Shown here: piece after piece, positions 40,240-50,034 of the stretch
Layout: the number at the start of each line of letters is the position of its first letter
Numbering within the stretch: position 1 is the stretch's first letter
NCBI GenBank assembly: GCA_963695395.1
Contig: CAVOGK010000031.1
Coordinates: 31,637 to 95,636, forward strand
DNA from: an uncultured Thermoleophilia bacterium
Lineage (GTDB): Bacteria; Actinomycetota; Thermoleophilia; UBA2241
DNA: 64,000 bases
Reading direction: 5' to 3'
Program-made: the position numbers and the translations under genes
Notes under the pieces: model-generated
Database searches by the model: none
The model's input: the letters and a program-made list of their open reading frames with translations, nothing else
What the model was told of the DNA's origin: nothing

Positions 40240-40914
40240 CTACAGCGCCAGCACCGCCGCGAGCTCGCGCGGGTGGAGCGGGAAGACCGCATGGTCGGAC
40301 GCGAGCTCGACGGGCTCCACGCCCAGGCGCGCCGCCATCTCACGCTGTGTCGCCGGCGGGAGGATGTTGTCCTCCGTGCAAAGGATGTAGGTGCAGGGCA
40401 CGTCGGGGAGCGACCGGCCAGGCCAGGGCTGCTCCATCGCTGCCCAGCCCTGGGGTCGCTGCGTGGCCTCGAGGAAGGCGAGGTACGCCTCCCGCTCGTC
40501 CGGTGGCACGATCGACGCGAGCAGCTCCAGGTCGAACGACCGGCAGCCGTTGCCGTCCTCATGAGAGACCGACAGGATCGTCTCACGGACCTCGGCGCCG
40601 GCGAGGTCTACTATCGAGCGCCCCGGCTCGGGAACGAAGGCCGTCGCGTATACCAGGCGGTCGACGCGGGTCCGGCCGGGCACGAGCGAGATCGTCGCGC
40701 CTCCCGCCGAGTGGCCGACGACGACCACCGGCCCCTTGATCCCGGCCATCGCCTCGACCACCGTGCGGGCGTAGTCGTCGAGCGTGGCCGCTGGGTCCGT
40801 GCACGGCAGATCGACGGCGATCGCGCGGTGACCGAGCGCCTCGAGCTCGGGAATCACCGGCGCCAGCTCGGCGGCACTGCCGAACGCGCCGTGGACCAGA
40901 ACGAACGTCGTCAT
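40240..40914 (-). CDS. Alpha/beta hydrolase (esterase)
   Basis: FVLVHGA, GHSAGG, D..L, SDH. Confidence 0.9.
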   Translation of the reverse strand: MTTFVLVHGAFGSAAELAPVIPELEALGHRAIAVDLPCTDPAATLDDYARTVVEAMAGIKGPVVVVGHSAGGATISLVPGRTRVDRLVYATAFVPEPGRSIVDLAGAEVRETILSVSHEDGNGCRSFDLELLASIVPPDEREAYLAFLEATQRPQGWAAMEQPWPGRSLPDVPCTYILCTEDNILPPATQREMAARLGVEPVELASDHAVFPLHPRELAAVLAL

Positions 40915-41046
40915 TTCGAATGCCTCCTCAAGTAGCGTCTGGTGAGCACATCGGGCAGCGCCATGTGCTGCAGATTCCCTCGCTCGCTGGAGAACAAGCC
41001 AGGACCAGCGCATTCAGCGGCCCTCGTATGATCATCTCGAAGATGT

Positions 41047-41217
41047 CCCGAGCCCGCGTTCGACAAAGACGGGCAGCCGGTCCTCGACGCCAAGGGCCGG
41101 CAGAAGCAGCGCTACCCGAAGACCACCAAGGTGGTCGCGGCCAAGGGCAAGAAGGCCGCCGAGGATGCGCAGCCCGCCCACGACAACGTCGTCGCGCTCG
41201 CCAGCCGCCGCCGTTAG
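41047..41217 (+). pseudogene. Internally deleted integrase (N-terminal piece joined in frame to the tail)
   Basis: PEPAFDKDGQPVLDAKGRQKQRYPKTTKVVAAKGKKAAE-DAQPAHDNVVALASRRR*. Confidence 0.9.
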
Positions 41218-41257
41218 CCGCCCTCAGCTGCCTGCTCGGACTCTGCTCTCGCCGCAC

Positions 41258-41385
41258 GTTCTGCAGACTGGGCGATTCCAGTATCTCTCGGGGCTGCGGC
41301 AGAGGAAGGACACCTGCAGATGGCCGCAACCGTCTCGCAGTTCAGTGGACACAGCACGAGTCTTCCGCATGCGCAGCCTGGGGTG
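41258..41385 (+). repeat. att junction 4, strongly degenerate (41331-41369)
   Basis: About 25/39 ungapped identity to the tRNA 5' half, with GCAGAGGAA..CCTGCA upstream and GCAGCCTGGGGTG downstream. Confidence 0.7.
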
Positions 41386-41527
41386 AGCTCGGGTCCATCT
41401 GAGGGCATGACGGGTCGATCTCGCTGGAGGAGGTCGCCGGCCGGGATGTGCCGACGCACCGCTTGACAACAGGGCGATCCCCCCGTAGCGTGTGAGCGCT
41501 CACTCACATCATCCGAGGAAGGCTGGA

Positions 41528-42487
41528 ATGACCGTGATCCGCACCGAGAAGCTCACGCGCCGCTTCGGCGACATCGTGGCGGTCCGGGAGCTCGACCTCG
41601 AGGTCGATGGCGCAGGCGTGGTCGGTCTCGTCGGCCCCAACGGCTCCGGCAAGTCCACGCTCATCCGCCTCCTGCTCGGCCTCATCAGGCCCACGAGCGG
41701 GACCGCCACGGTCTTCGGATCGCCCATCTCGCGTCCGCTCGCCTACGCGGCGCGCGTCGGCGCGCTGATCGAGAGCCCGGCGTTCGTGCCGACGCTCTCC
41801 GCGCGCACCAACCTGCGCTCGCTGGCGCGGCTGCGCGGGATCCCCAACGGTCGTGTGGAGGAGGTGCTCGACGTCGTCGGCCTGCTGGACCGCAGCAGGG
41901 AGCCTGCGAAGCGCTTCTCCCTCGGCATGAAGCAGCGGCTGGGGATCGCCGCCGCGCTCCTGCCCGATCCCGAGCTCCTTGTGCTCGACGAGCCCACCAA
42001 CGGTCTCGACCCGGCCGGGATCGTCGAGATCCGGGCGCTTCTGCGGCGGCTGGCTGACGAGGGTCGCACGGTCGTCGTCTCCTCGCACCTGCTCAGTGAG
42101 ATCGAGGCGGCCTGCGACGCACTGGCAGTCGTCCGCAATGGCGAACTGCTGTTCTCGGGCCCACTGAGCGACCTGGTCTCGCAGGCGGGGGAGTGCATCG
42201 AGACTGCGCCGGAGCACCCCGGCGACGTCGGCCGACTCGCCGAGCTGCTCACCTCGAACGGCTGGCAGGCCACGGTCCACGAGGAGAATGTTCGCGTGAC
42301 TGCCCCGGCCTCGCAGTCCGCCGCGGTCAACCGCGCCGCGGCTGGGGCCGGCATCACGTTGCGCGCCCTGCGGCCGCGCGCGGCAAGCCTCGAAGATGTC
42401 TTCCTGCGCATGACAGGGGAGGGCTCGGACGACGGCGCCGAGCCGGCAGAAGTGCAGACCGCCAAGCGCGCGGAGGCGCGGTCGTGA
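41528..42487 (+). CDS. ABC transporter ATP-binding protein
   Basis: GPNGSGKST, FSLGMKQRL, LDEPTNGLD, SSH. Confidence 0.95.
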   Translation: MTVIRTEKLTRRFGDIVAVRELDLEVDGAGVVGLVGPNGSGKSTLIRLLLGLIRPTSGTATVFGSPISRPLAYAARVGALIESPAFVPTLSARTNLRSLARLRGIPNGRVEEVLDVVGLLDRSREPAKRFSLGMKQRLGIAAALLPDPELLVLDEPTNGLDPAGIVEIRALLRRLADEGRTVVVSSHLLSEIEAACDALAVVRNGELLFSGPLSDLVSQAGECIETAPEHPGDVGRLAELLTSNGWQATVHEENVRVTAPASQSAAVNRAAAGAGITLRALRPRAASLEDVFLRMTGEGSDDGAEPAEVQTAKRAEARS

Positions 42488-43272
42488 TCCGCGTCATCCG
42501 CAGCGAGCTGACGCGCCTCGGCAGCCCGCCGCTGCTCCTTGGGGGCATCGGCCTCATGACGTTCTTCGGCCTTCTGGCGACGGTCATCGTCTTCGTCACG
42601 GCCGGCAGCGGCTCGGCGACGCTTCCCGGCACCGAGGGCATCACGGTGTCGATGCTCGAGGCCCCCGACGGCATGTTCGCCGGCATGCAGACCTTCGCCG
42701 GCATGCTCGGCATCGTGGCGCTCGTCGTGTGGGCGATGTCCGCGACCACCGACGTCTCGAGCGGGCTGATCCGCCTGCTGGTCCAGGCGGAGCCGCGGCG
42801 CCTGCGCCTGCTCGGGGGCAAGATCGTCGCCCTCGTCGCGTTCACGTGCGCGGGCACGCTGGTCGCGACGGTCATGGTCATGCCCGTGGTCCAAGGCCTC
42901 GCGGAGTCATCGGGGGTCTCCACCGCAGCGTGGCAGTCCGACATGGTCAGCACCATCGTCGTGGGCTACCTCCAGTTGACGCTGAGCGTCCTGCTCTGGG
43001 GCGTGGTCGGCCTGTGCGTCGGGATCCTCACGCGCAGCAGCGGCATCTCCATCGCCATCGGCATCGGCTACCTGATGGTCTTCGAGGGGGTGCTCAGCAT
43101 GCTCCTGGGCAGCGGACAGAAGTGGCTGCCCGGCACCGCGTTCACGGCGATCGCCAAGGGCGGGAGCGCAGACATGACGTTCGCGACGGCGCTACTGCTC
43201 GGCGCCGCCTACGCTCTCGTCGCCATCGCCGTGGCCGCGGTCGTCTTCCGGCAGCGCGACATCACGGCGTGA
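42484..43272 (+). CDS. ABC-2 type permease
   Basis: IRSELTRL start, six TM segments, FRQRDIT end. Confidence 0.88.
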   Translation: MIRVIRSELTRLGSPPLLLGGIGLMTFFGLLATVIVFVTAGSGSATLPGTEGITVSMLEAPDGMFAGMQTFAGMLGIVALVVWAMSATTDVSSGLIRLLVQAEPRRLRLLGGKIVALVAFTCAGTLVATVMVMPVVQGLAESSGVSTAAWQSDMVSTIVVGYLQLTLSVLLWGVVGLCVGILTRSSGISIAIGIGYLMVFEGVLSMLLGSGQKWLPGTAFTAIAKGGSADMTFATALLLGAAYALVAIAVAAVVFRQRDITA

Positions 43273-43300
43273 TCCGGACGGCGGAGGACGAGGAGGTCCG

Positions 43301-43948
43301 ATGACTGCAGCAAGGTCGGGCAAGGGCGACACCCATCGAGTGCTGATGGACGCCGCTCTGGAGGTCTTCCTGCGGCGCGGCTTCGCGCGCGCGACGACGC
43401 GCGAGATCGCCGCCGCTGCCGGCGTCGCCGAGGGCACGATCTACCGGCACTTCGCCGACAAGCACGCGCTCTTCCGCGAGGTGTTCTTCTCCGTCATGGG
43501 CGGCATGGGGGAGGAGCTGCGGCGGCTCCCCGAGCGCGCCGGCAGCGCCACCGTGCGCGCCAACCTGGCGTACCTGCTCGGGCTGCTCGGCACGCTGCAG
43601 GAGCGCTCGGCGCCGCTGCTGGCATCGATGTCGGCCGATCCGGAGCTGGCAGGCAGCTTCGCCGCGCACGTCGCCGACAACGCGCTCGAGGGGTTTGAGC
43701 TTTCGGCGCCGGTATCGGCGGTCGCGGACTACATTCGCGCCGAGCAGCAGCTGGGAAGGATCAGGACGGACGTGGATGCCGAAGAGGCCGCCGCTGTCGT
43801 GGCCGCGTTGCCGTTCGCCCGGGGCGCCGAGCGCGCCCTTGACCCACGGACTCCGGCCCGAGATGGTTCCGCCGAGCCGCGAGGCTTCCCGGTCCCGGCT
43901 GCGGCGGCGCTCGACATCCTCGCGCAGGGCCTCGCTCCGTCTCCGTAA
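43301..43948 (+). CDS. TetR family regulator
   Basis: TTREIAAAAGVAEGTIYRHF.DK. Confidence 0.92.
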   Translation: MTAARSGKGDTHRVLMDAALEVFLRRGFARATTREIAAAAGVAEGTIYRHFADKHALFREVFFSVMGGMGEELRRLPERAGSATVRANLAYLLGLLGTLQERSAPLLASMSADPELAGSFAAHVADNALEGFELSAPVSAVADYIRAEQQLGRIRTDVDAEEAAAVVAALPFARGAERALDPRTPARDGSAEPRGFPVPAAAALDILAQGLAPSP

Positions 43949-43976
43949 GCTGCCCATCCGGCCGCGCCGCCATCAC

Positions 43977-44236
43977 GTTTCCTGCAGCTTTAGCAACTTT
44001 TTCGCAACTCTGGTATTCTGGTCCGGCTGTCGCAGAGGAAAAACCCCTGCAAATCGGCACTTTGCCCTCGTAGCTCAGTGGATAGAGCACAGGTTTCCTA
44101 AATCCGCAGCCTAGGGTGCCAATCGGGGTACTTCGAGGGTGAATCGGGGTCGTTTGGCGACAGTCCGCTGACGCCCGGAGCCGGTTCGAGCCTGCAGTTT
44201 CCTGCAGAATTAGCAACTTTTTAGCAACTTGCGGGA
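43977..44236 (+). repeat. att junction 3, complete attP-like (tRNA 5' half at 44064-44102)
   Basis: 39/39 identity; GTTTCCTGCAG..GCAACT..GCAACT at both ends. Confidence 0.95.
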
Positions 44237-44294
44237 CGCGGATGCACGCCGTTGATCGGCGAGGGCGATCACCCTCCTGATGCTAGCAGGGCCT

Positions 44295-45056
44295 CTACAG
44301 GCTCTGGAGCGCCTCGGCCGCGTGCTTGCCTGCATCGGAGGCCGGGTCGATGCTCACAGCCTTCTGGAACGCGACTTTCGCCTCCGCAAGGTAGTCAGCC
44401 GACTTCGCCTTGTCCTTCGCCTCGCGGGCCTCGGTCTGCAGGAAGATGCCCTTGTTGAGATGCGCGGCCTGGAACTCGGGGTTCTGTTTGATGACGACCT
44501 CGATCTGCTTGAGGCCCTCTTCGTGATGCCTCATGTAGAAGAGCGAGACCGCGAGGTCGGTGCCCACACTCGGATCGCCAGGCTGCTTCTTCCAGGCGGC
44601 CCGGTACACCTGGGAGGCGGCCTTGAAGTACGCCTCTCCGCCAGCTGAGTCATCCTTGTTGAAGGCGTCGATGCCCTGGTCGTAGAGGCCGTTGGCCCGG
44701 TCGACGAGCTCGGAGTAGCTGCCGGACGTATCGGCCGCGACCGGCGCCGCCGCCGGCGCCGGGTCGCCGCTCGAGCCTCCGCCGGCGGCGAAGACGATCG
44801 CCACGACGACGACTGCGATCGCGGCGAAGCCCAACCAGACCCACAGAGGCGAACGTGAGCGGCCGAATGGGGCCGACTCCGCATTTCGCTCAGCGGCCGG
44901 CCTCGCGGACTGCGGCCGCTGCGCCGTGGCCGGCGATCCCCCGGCAGGCTTCCTCGCCGGGCGACGAAGCGCCGCGCGGGCCTTCGTCAGGTCGTTCCCG
45001 CACTCGGGACAGAACTTCGCGTCATCGGCCTCGCGGCCGCACTCAGGACAGTACAT
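44295..45056 (-). CDS. Zinc-ribbon, TM and TPR protein
   Basis: CPECG..KFCPECG, TM helix, TPR-like C-terminus. Confidence 0.8.
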   Translation of the reverse strand: MYCPECGREADDAKFCPECGNDLTKARAALRRPARKPAGGSPATAQRPQSARPAAERNAESAPFGRSRSPLWVWLGFAAIAVVVVAIVFAAGGGSSGDPAPAAAPVAADTSGSYSELVDRANGLYDQGIDAFNKDDSAGGEAYFKAASQVYRAAWKKQPGDPSVGTDLAVSLFYMRHHEEGLKQIEVVIKQNPEFQAAHLNKGIFLQTEAREAKDKAKSADYLAEAKVAFQKAVSIDPASDAGKHAAEALQSL

Positions 45057-45316
45057 CGATGATCGGTCTCCTTGGGCTGGGATCTGGTCATCGGTGGCGC
45101 GGCGATCTGTCTCACTCACCGCCACTCGAGTAGAGAAAGTCGACAGATGCTGTTGACTTTGTCCATGATACTGAGCGGGCCAAGGCCGTCAAACCAGAGC
45201 GCGCCAACGATATCGACGGCGTCGGTCGTTGCCGCGGCGCCCTCTTCGGCGCGAACGACCGAGGGCCGGCGGACAGCCGGCCCTCGGGGTCGTCACGTTC
45301 TTGCAGGCGGAAGGGC

Positions 45317-46108
45317 TTACCAGCCGAAGCCGCCCCACATGCCGCCGAGTCCCATCCAGCCGCCGGCGCCGTCGCGCATGCGCGCTTTGGTCACGGACAG
45401 GTGGTGCTTCGCGTAGAAGGTCTTGACCTGGGCACGGTGATGCGCGCGCATGGTCTTCAGAGCCCTCTGCGCCGCGTCGCTCTTGAGGCGCTTGTGGTAG
45501 CGCTCGGCCCAGCGGTCGACGTGCGCCGTCTGGTGGCTGCGCATGTCGAGCCAGCGGCCGAAGGCGCGGGGATGGTTCGCCATCCAGGCGGCGCCGTGGC
45601 CGCTGCCCCACATGTGGGAGGCGTCCCACTCGTGGTCGCCCATCATGCCGCCCTTGTCCCAGCCGCCCCACATGCCGTCGGAGGGGCAGGTCCAGGCAGC
45701 GCCGTTCCCATGCTGCTCGTAGAAGGCCTTCCTGTCGTTCCAATGCGCGGTCCACAGAGCGTGCAGGGCCTGCTGCGCCGCGGGGCCCTTGAGGTCGGCC
45801 TTGTAGGTCTCATGCCAGGTCTGCATCGCCTGCTGCTGGTCGACGCGCAGCTGCGTCCAGGTGGCCAGGGCGTCGGGGTTGTTCTTCAGCCACGAAGCAC
45901 CGCTGCCGGTGCCCCACATGCCGGTGCCGCCCCAGCGGCCGTCGCCGTTCCAGAGGCCGCCGCCGCACCAGTCGCCGCTGTGATCGCCCTCGTGGTCGCC
46001 GTCGCCCATCATGCCGCTGGGGCTGGCGCCGGCGATCGGCACGAGGAGCAGCGCCGCGAGCGCGACGACCGCGAGGGCGGTGAGAAGCGCCTTGAAGCTC
46101 AGTTTCAT
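45317..46108 (-). CDS. Secreted Gly/Trp/Met/His-rich protein (paralog of 1319-2134)
   Basis: Identical C-terminus RMRDGAGGWMGLGGMWGGFGW. Confidence 0.75.
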   Translation of the reverse strand: MKLSFKALLTALAVVALAALLLVPIAGASPSGMMGDGDHEGDHSGDWCGGGLWNGDGRWGGTGMWGTGSGASWLKNNPDALATWTQLRVDQQQAMQTWHETYKADLKGPAAQQALHALWTAHWNDRKAFYEQHGNGAAWTCPSDGMWGGWDKGGMMGDHEWDASHMWGSGHGAAWMANHPRAFGRWLDMRSHQTAHVDRWAERYHKRLKSDAAQRALKTMRAHHRAQVKTFYAKHHLSVTKARMRDGAGGWMGLGGMWGGFGW

Positions 46109-46237
46109 CAGGTGACCATCCTTTGACTCATCGAGGGGTGATGTCGGGGCGCTGAAGATGAGAGCGCTCCGGATGCTGGAGGACTTGTGAGCCGCGCCGT
46201 CCGGACCTCCTTCGCGGTCGCTTGCTGCTTCCGCTAT

Positions 46238-46267
46238 CTGGAACACGCGAGGCCCGCCTTTCTTACA
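46238..46267 (-). promoter_or_regulatory. Putative ECF promoter, copy 3
   Basis: TGTAAGAAA-N12-GTGTTCCAG. Confidence 0.65.
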
Positions 46268-46288
46268 GTCGCGCGGCGAAACGGGCGA

Positions 46289-47510
46289 TCAATCGCCGGA
46301 GCCGTCGTGGCCGCCGGACGTGTCGCCACCGTCGTGGGTGGTCGTCGTGCTGGTCGAATGAGTGCGTGGTGGAGTCCGTGGTGCTGGTGCCGCTGTCGTG
46401 CGTCGTCGTCGCAGCGTCGCCGGCGGCGTCGTGCGTCGTGGTCGAGCCGCCGCCGGCATCACCCGCGTCGTGGGTGGACGTCGTCGTGGAGTCATGCGTC
46501 GCAGCGTCATGACCGCCGCCGGAGTCGTGACCAGCCGAGCCCGCGTGGCGGGCGGCCCCGCCGTGCTCGCCCCGCGGCGTGCCATGGCCCGCCTGATGCC
46601 GGTCGTGCATCGCGGTGTAGGGTGACGCAGGTCGGGCGCTGGCGCCGATGGGAGCCACGGTCGCCGCGGCCGCTGCGGCCGCCGCAGGCCCTCGGTCGCT
46701 CCTGCCCCCCTCCTTGACCGCGACCGCGCCGCCGCCGATGACGACGGCCGCGGCGGCGGCCGTGATCGCCGCCTTGGTCGTGACGGCGGCGCCGATCTTG
46801 GCCAGCAGCCCGGCGCCGGCGGGGCCGGCGGCCGAGGCGATGTCGGGTGAAGGCAGCGCGTGCACGGGCGCGAGGCCCGCAGGCAGCGGCGGCATCGCCA
46901 GCAGCGCGGCCGGCACGCTGAGGGGCATGAGCACGAGGCCGAGCGCGGCCGGGGCGGCGGCGTCCGCGCCGGCGAGCTTGGCGAACACCGTCTTGAACGA
47001 GGCGCGGGCGCGGTGCACGAGCACGTCGGCGTTCGGCCGCGAGACCTCCATGACCTCGGCGATCTCCTCGGGCGGCAGGCCCTGGAGGTCCTTGAGCACG
47101 AGGGCGGTGCGGTAGCGCTCGTTCATCTCGCCGAGCGACTGCTCGACCAGCGCCACGGTCCGGGCGCGCTCGAACTCGTCGACGCCGGAGGCGGCCTGCT
47201 CGAGGCCGGCGTCGCCGCCGCCGTCGAGCTTGCGCCGCGAGCGCAGGTGGTTGAAGCAGGCGTTGGTGGCGACGCGGTAGAGCCAGGCGCGCAGGCCGAA
47301 CGACTCCTCGTCCGCCTGCGGCAGCTGGTCGAACGCCTTGATGAACACTTCCTGGGTCACGTCCTTGGCCTCCTCGCGGTCGCCGAGCACCCGAGCGCAG
47401 AGGTTGTAGATGGGTGCGTGGTACTCGCCGTAGAGGCGCTCGAAGGCGTCGCGGCGCCCGGCCCGGAGGCCGCGCACGAGATCGGGGGCTGTGGCGGGAG
47501 GTGAAGGCAT
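46289..47510 (-). CDS. ECF sigma factor with TM and His/Thr-rich extension (frameshift near 46355)
   Basis: Sigma core nearly identical to 2323-3485; repeated TTHD units. Confidence 0.85.
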
Positions 47511-47623
47511 CAGGGAAGGAGTTCCGAGCTCAACGGTACTCTCATCCTGCCGGCCTTCAACCGTTCCCGCCGCACGAGGGCCGGCCGCTGCCGGCCGACC
47601 CTCGCGACTTGCGTCGTGATCGT

Positions 47624-48090
47624 TCAGTCACCGCCGTGGCCGCCGCCGTGGCCGCTGTCGTGACCGCCGCTCGAGACGTGCGTCTGCTGGCTGGTCTCGT
47701 GCGTCTGCTGGCTGGTCTCGTTCTCGTGGACGCCCGGGTTGCTGGCGGAGCCGCTGTGATCGCTCTGCTTGCTCTGAGCGCTCTTCCGGACGCGCTCGGC
47801 GTGCCGGGCCTCGGCCTTATGGGCGCGCTGCTGCGCCTGGGCGTGCTTGCGCTCGACGCGGCGCGCGTGGGTCTTCGCGCTTCTGCGCCTCGCGGACGTG
47901 GCTGCCCGACTGGTGGTCGATGAGCTGGGCCAGCTGCTTGTCCGTGAGCGTGACCGCGTGCTTGGCGGGCGTCTTGTCGACTGCGCTGTGCGTCCTGCGC
48001 CTTGGTGAGCTGCTGCACGCCCGCCATGGCGACGCTCGTCATGGCGAACACGATCACCGCCGTGGCGACGATGGTCTTGAGTGCCTTCAT
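47624..48090 (-). CDS. Secreted His/Gln-rich protein, frameshifted (paralog of 3600-4085)
   Basis: MKALKTIVAT start and GHGGGHGGD end in different frames. Confidence 0.65.
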
Positions 48091-48124
48091 GGTCTCTCCC
48101 TTGGGTTCGTTGTCCTTGCACCTG

Positions 48125-48154
48125 CTAGAACACGGGGAGGCGGCGTTTCTTACA
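48125..48154 (-). promoter_or_regulatory. Putative ECF promoter, copy 4
   Basis: TGTAAGAAA-N12-GTGTTCTAG. Confidence 0.65.
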
Positions 48155-49063
48155 CCGGGCTTTTCGCGACCTTGGTTCGGCCGAGGGGTGCAAGGGTCAG
48201 CCGCGGGTCCGCCTGAAACGAAACGGCCAAGCTGCCAGTCGGTATCCCCGCTGGCCTTCGCTGGCGACCACCTGCCATGCATAGCGACGCCGGAGCTTCT
48301 CGACGGCTAGGTGCACGTCGATGCTTGCGGCGCGCGCGAGCCGTGAACATGGCCGCCTCCTTCCCGCTCATCGATCCCAAGAGAAATAGCTACCCCGGCC
48401 CTGTTGGGAATCGGTGAAGACGCGCCCATCTCTCAGGCGGCGGCGCCTTCCAGGCGTCCGCCCGCGGCTTCGCGCTCTCCGAGCAGGAACAGCTCCGCGC
48501 TGCCGCAGCACGGACAGGCGACGATGCCCGAGTGGGAACGATGGACCCCAATCGGGACCAGGAACTCCTCCGTGCACACCGTGCATGCCAGGTCGACTTG
48601 CTTGCTCATCTCTTCTCCTCATCATCTGTGACGATGAGCTTCTACCGGATGCGTGCGAGAACACGGCGAGACCAGTGTGAGGGTGCCATGAGCGTGCCGG
48701 CGGGAAGTGTCGACGCCGCGGACGAGATTCACGGGCTGCTGACGTCCGGCTGACCCTCTCCTAACAGAGCGGCGCCAGACTGTCGCCATGATGACGCGGC
48801 GCATGATGATCCGGCGTCACCTCCGCAGCGCCCGGGCCTCCGCGCTGACGGAGGAGGAACGCCGGCTCGAGCTTCGCGAGGCCGAAGCGAGGATCGCACA
48901 CGGCCCCGGCAAGTCGGCCGAGTCCGAGGCTTCCCCCTCCTCGGATGACGCGGGCGCCTCCGGGGCCTCCGAAGCGTGGCCCGAGGGGACCGGCGTCAGT
49001 GACCCCCGCTGATGCCGGCCCGCCTCGGTCGCGGCCGGGGGCGGGGCCGACTGCGGGCGTCCG

Positions 49064-49609
49064 TCAGTCCTGGGCCGACGGCTCGCCCTCGTCCTGCGAG
49101 TCGAGTCCGTTATGCGGCGCGTGGTTCTGGGCCAGGGCGACGAGCTCGCGGGCCTGCAGCAGCCAGACGAGCTCGGCGCTCCGTGACTTCCTCGCCGACA
49201 GGTGCACCCGCGCGAGACCGCCCTTGCTGAGGACGACGTGGGCCCCGGTGAGCTTGTGGATGACCGTCGTGAACTCGGGGTTGTGACCGACGAGCATGAC
49301 GGCGTCGGCTTGAGAGTGCTCGCGAAGGAGGCGGCGAAGATCCTTCATGCCGAAGCCCCTGCCGAGGCTGTTCGCAGTGCTGAGCTTGCCCTCGAGGCCG
49401 AGCGCCGGCGCCACGATCTCGGCGGTGCGCTGGGCGCGTTCCAGGGGGCTCGTGATGAGGACGTCGGGCGAGACCTTCAGGCGAGCGAGGGTCCAAGCTG
49501 AATGCGCCAGTGAGGAGATGCCGGCCTGGGTAAGGGGCCTGCTCGCATCCTCGCCGTCCCACTCAGATCGCGGGACGCTCTGGCCGTGTCTCAGGAAGTA
49601 GAGTTCCAT
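49064..49609 (-). CDS. sixA: SixA-like phosphohistidine phosphatase
   Basis: LYFLRHG, RPLT, TSPL.RA..TA, LVGHNP. Confidence 0.85.
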   Translation of the reverse strand: MELYFLRHGQSVPRSEWDGEDASRPLTQAGISSLAHSAWTLARLKVSPDVLITSPLERAQRTAEIVAPALGLEGKLSTANSLGRGFGMKDLRRLLREHSQADAVMLVGHNPEFTTVIHKLTGAHVVLSKGGLARVHLSARKSRSAELVWLLQARELVALAQNHAPHNGLDSQDEGEPSAQD

Positions 49610-49813
49610 TCAGTCAGCCCTCTCAGTCCTTTTCGCGAAAGGGCGTCGTCCTTCCCATCTGCGACGCCAAGGAATGCTATCGCATCACTGCGGCTCGGGT
49701 GAACGTCGGGCCCGGTGCGTGCTCGCGGCGGACTGCTGCCGGATACGCCGGACAGGTCGACAATGCGCCCGCACGCTGGCTGAATGGGCGAAGAGCGTGA
49801 CGGACGGCTGCCG

Positions 49814-49950
49814 GTTTCCTGCAGAATTTCGCAACTCTTTCGCAACTCTGGTATTCTGGTCCGGCTGTGGCAGAGGTAAAACCCCTGCAAATCGGCACAA
49901 TGCCCTCGTAGCTCAGTGGATAGAGCACAGGTTTCCTAAATCCGCAGCCT
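49814..49950 (+). repeat. att junction 2 (tRNA 5' half at 49902-49940)
   Basis: 39/39 identity, followed by TCCGCAGCCT; rest of the right arm missing. Confidence 0.95.
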
Positions 49951-50034
49951 GCTACGCCCCGAGCAAGACCCGCCGGGCTGCGATCCGAGCTTGCTGCGAT
50001 TGACGTCGGGCGCGCCAGTGACACTAACGATGCG

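Noticed and set aside
48404-49012. Small ORFs between the His-rich gene and sixA
   Set aside because: No recognisable motifs or clear RBS; probably gene debris.
27067-49940. The tRNA-like copies as additional functional tRNA genes
   Set aside because: All lack the 3' anticodon strand, T arm and acceptor 3' strand; they are att fragments.
49985-50012. GCTTGCTGCGATTGACGTCGGGC as a third attC half beside the TA pair
   Set aside because: GTCGGGC deviates from GTTRRRY and no matching R'' or stem can be found.
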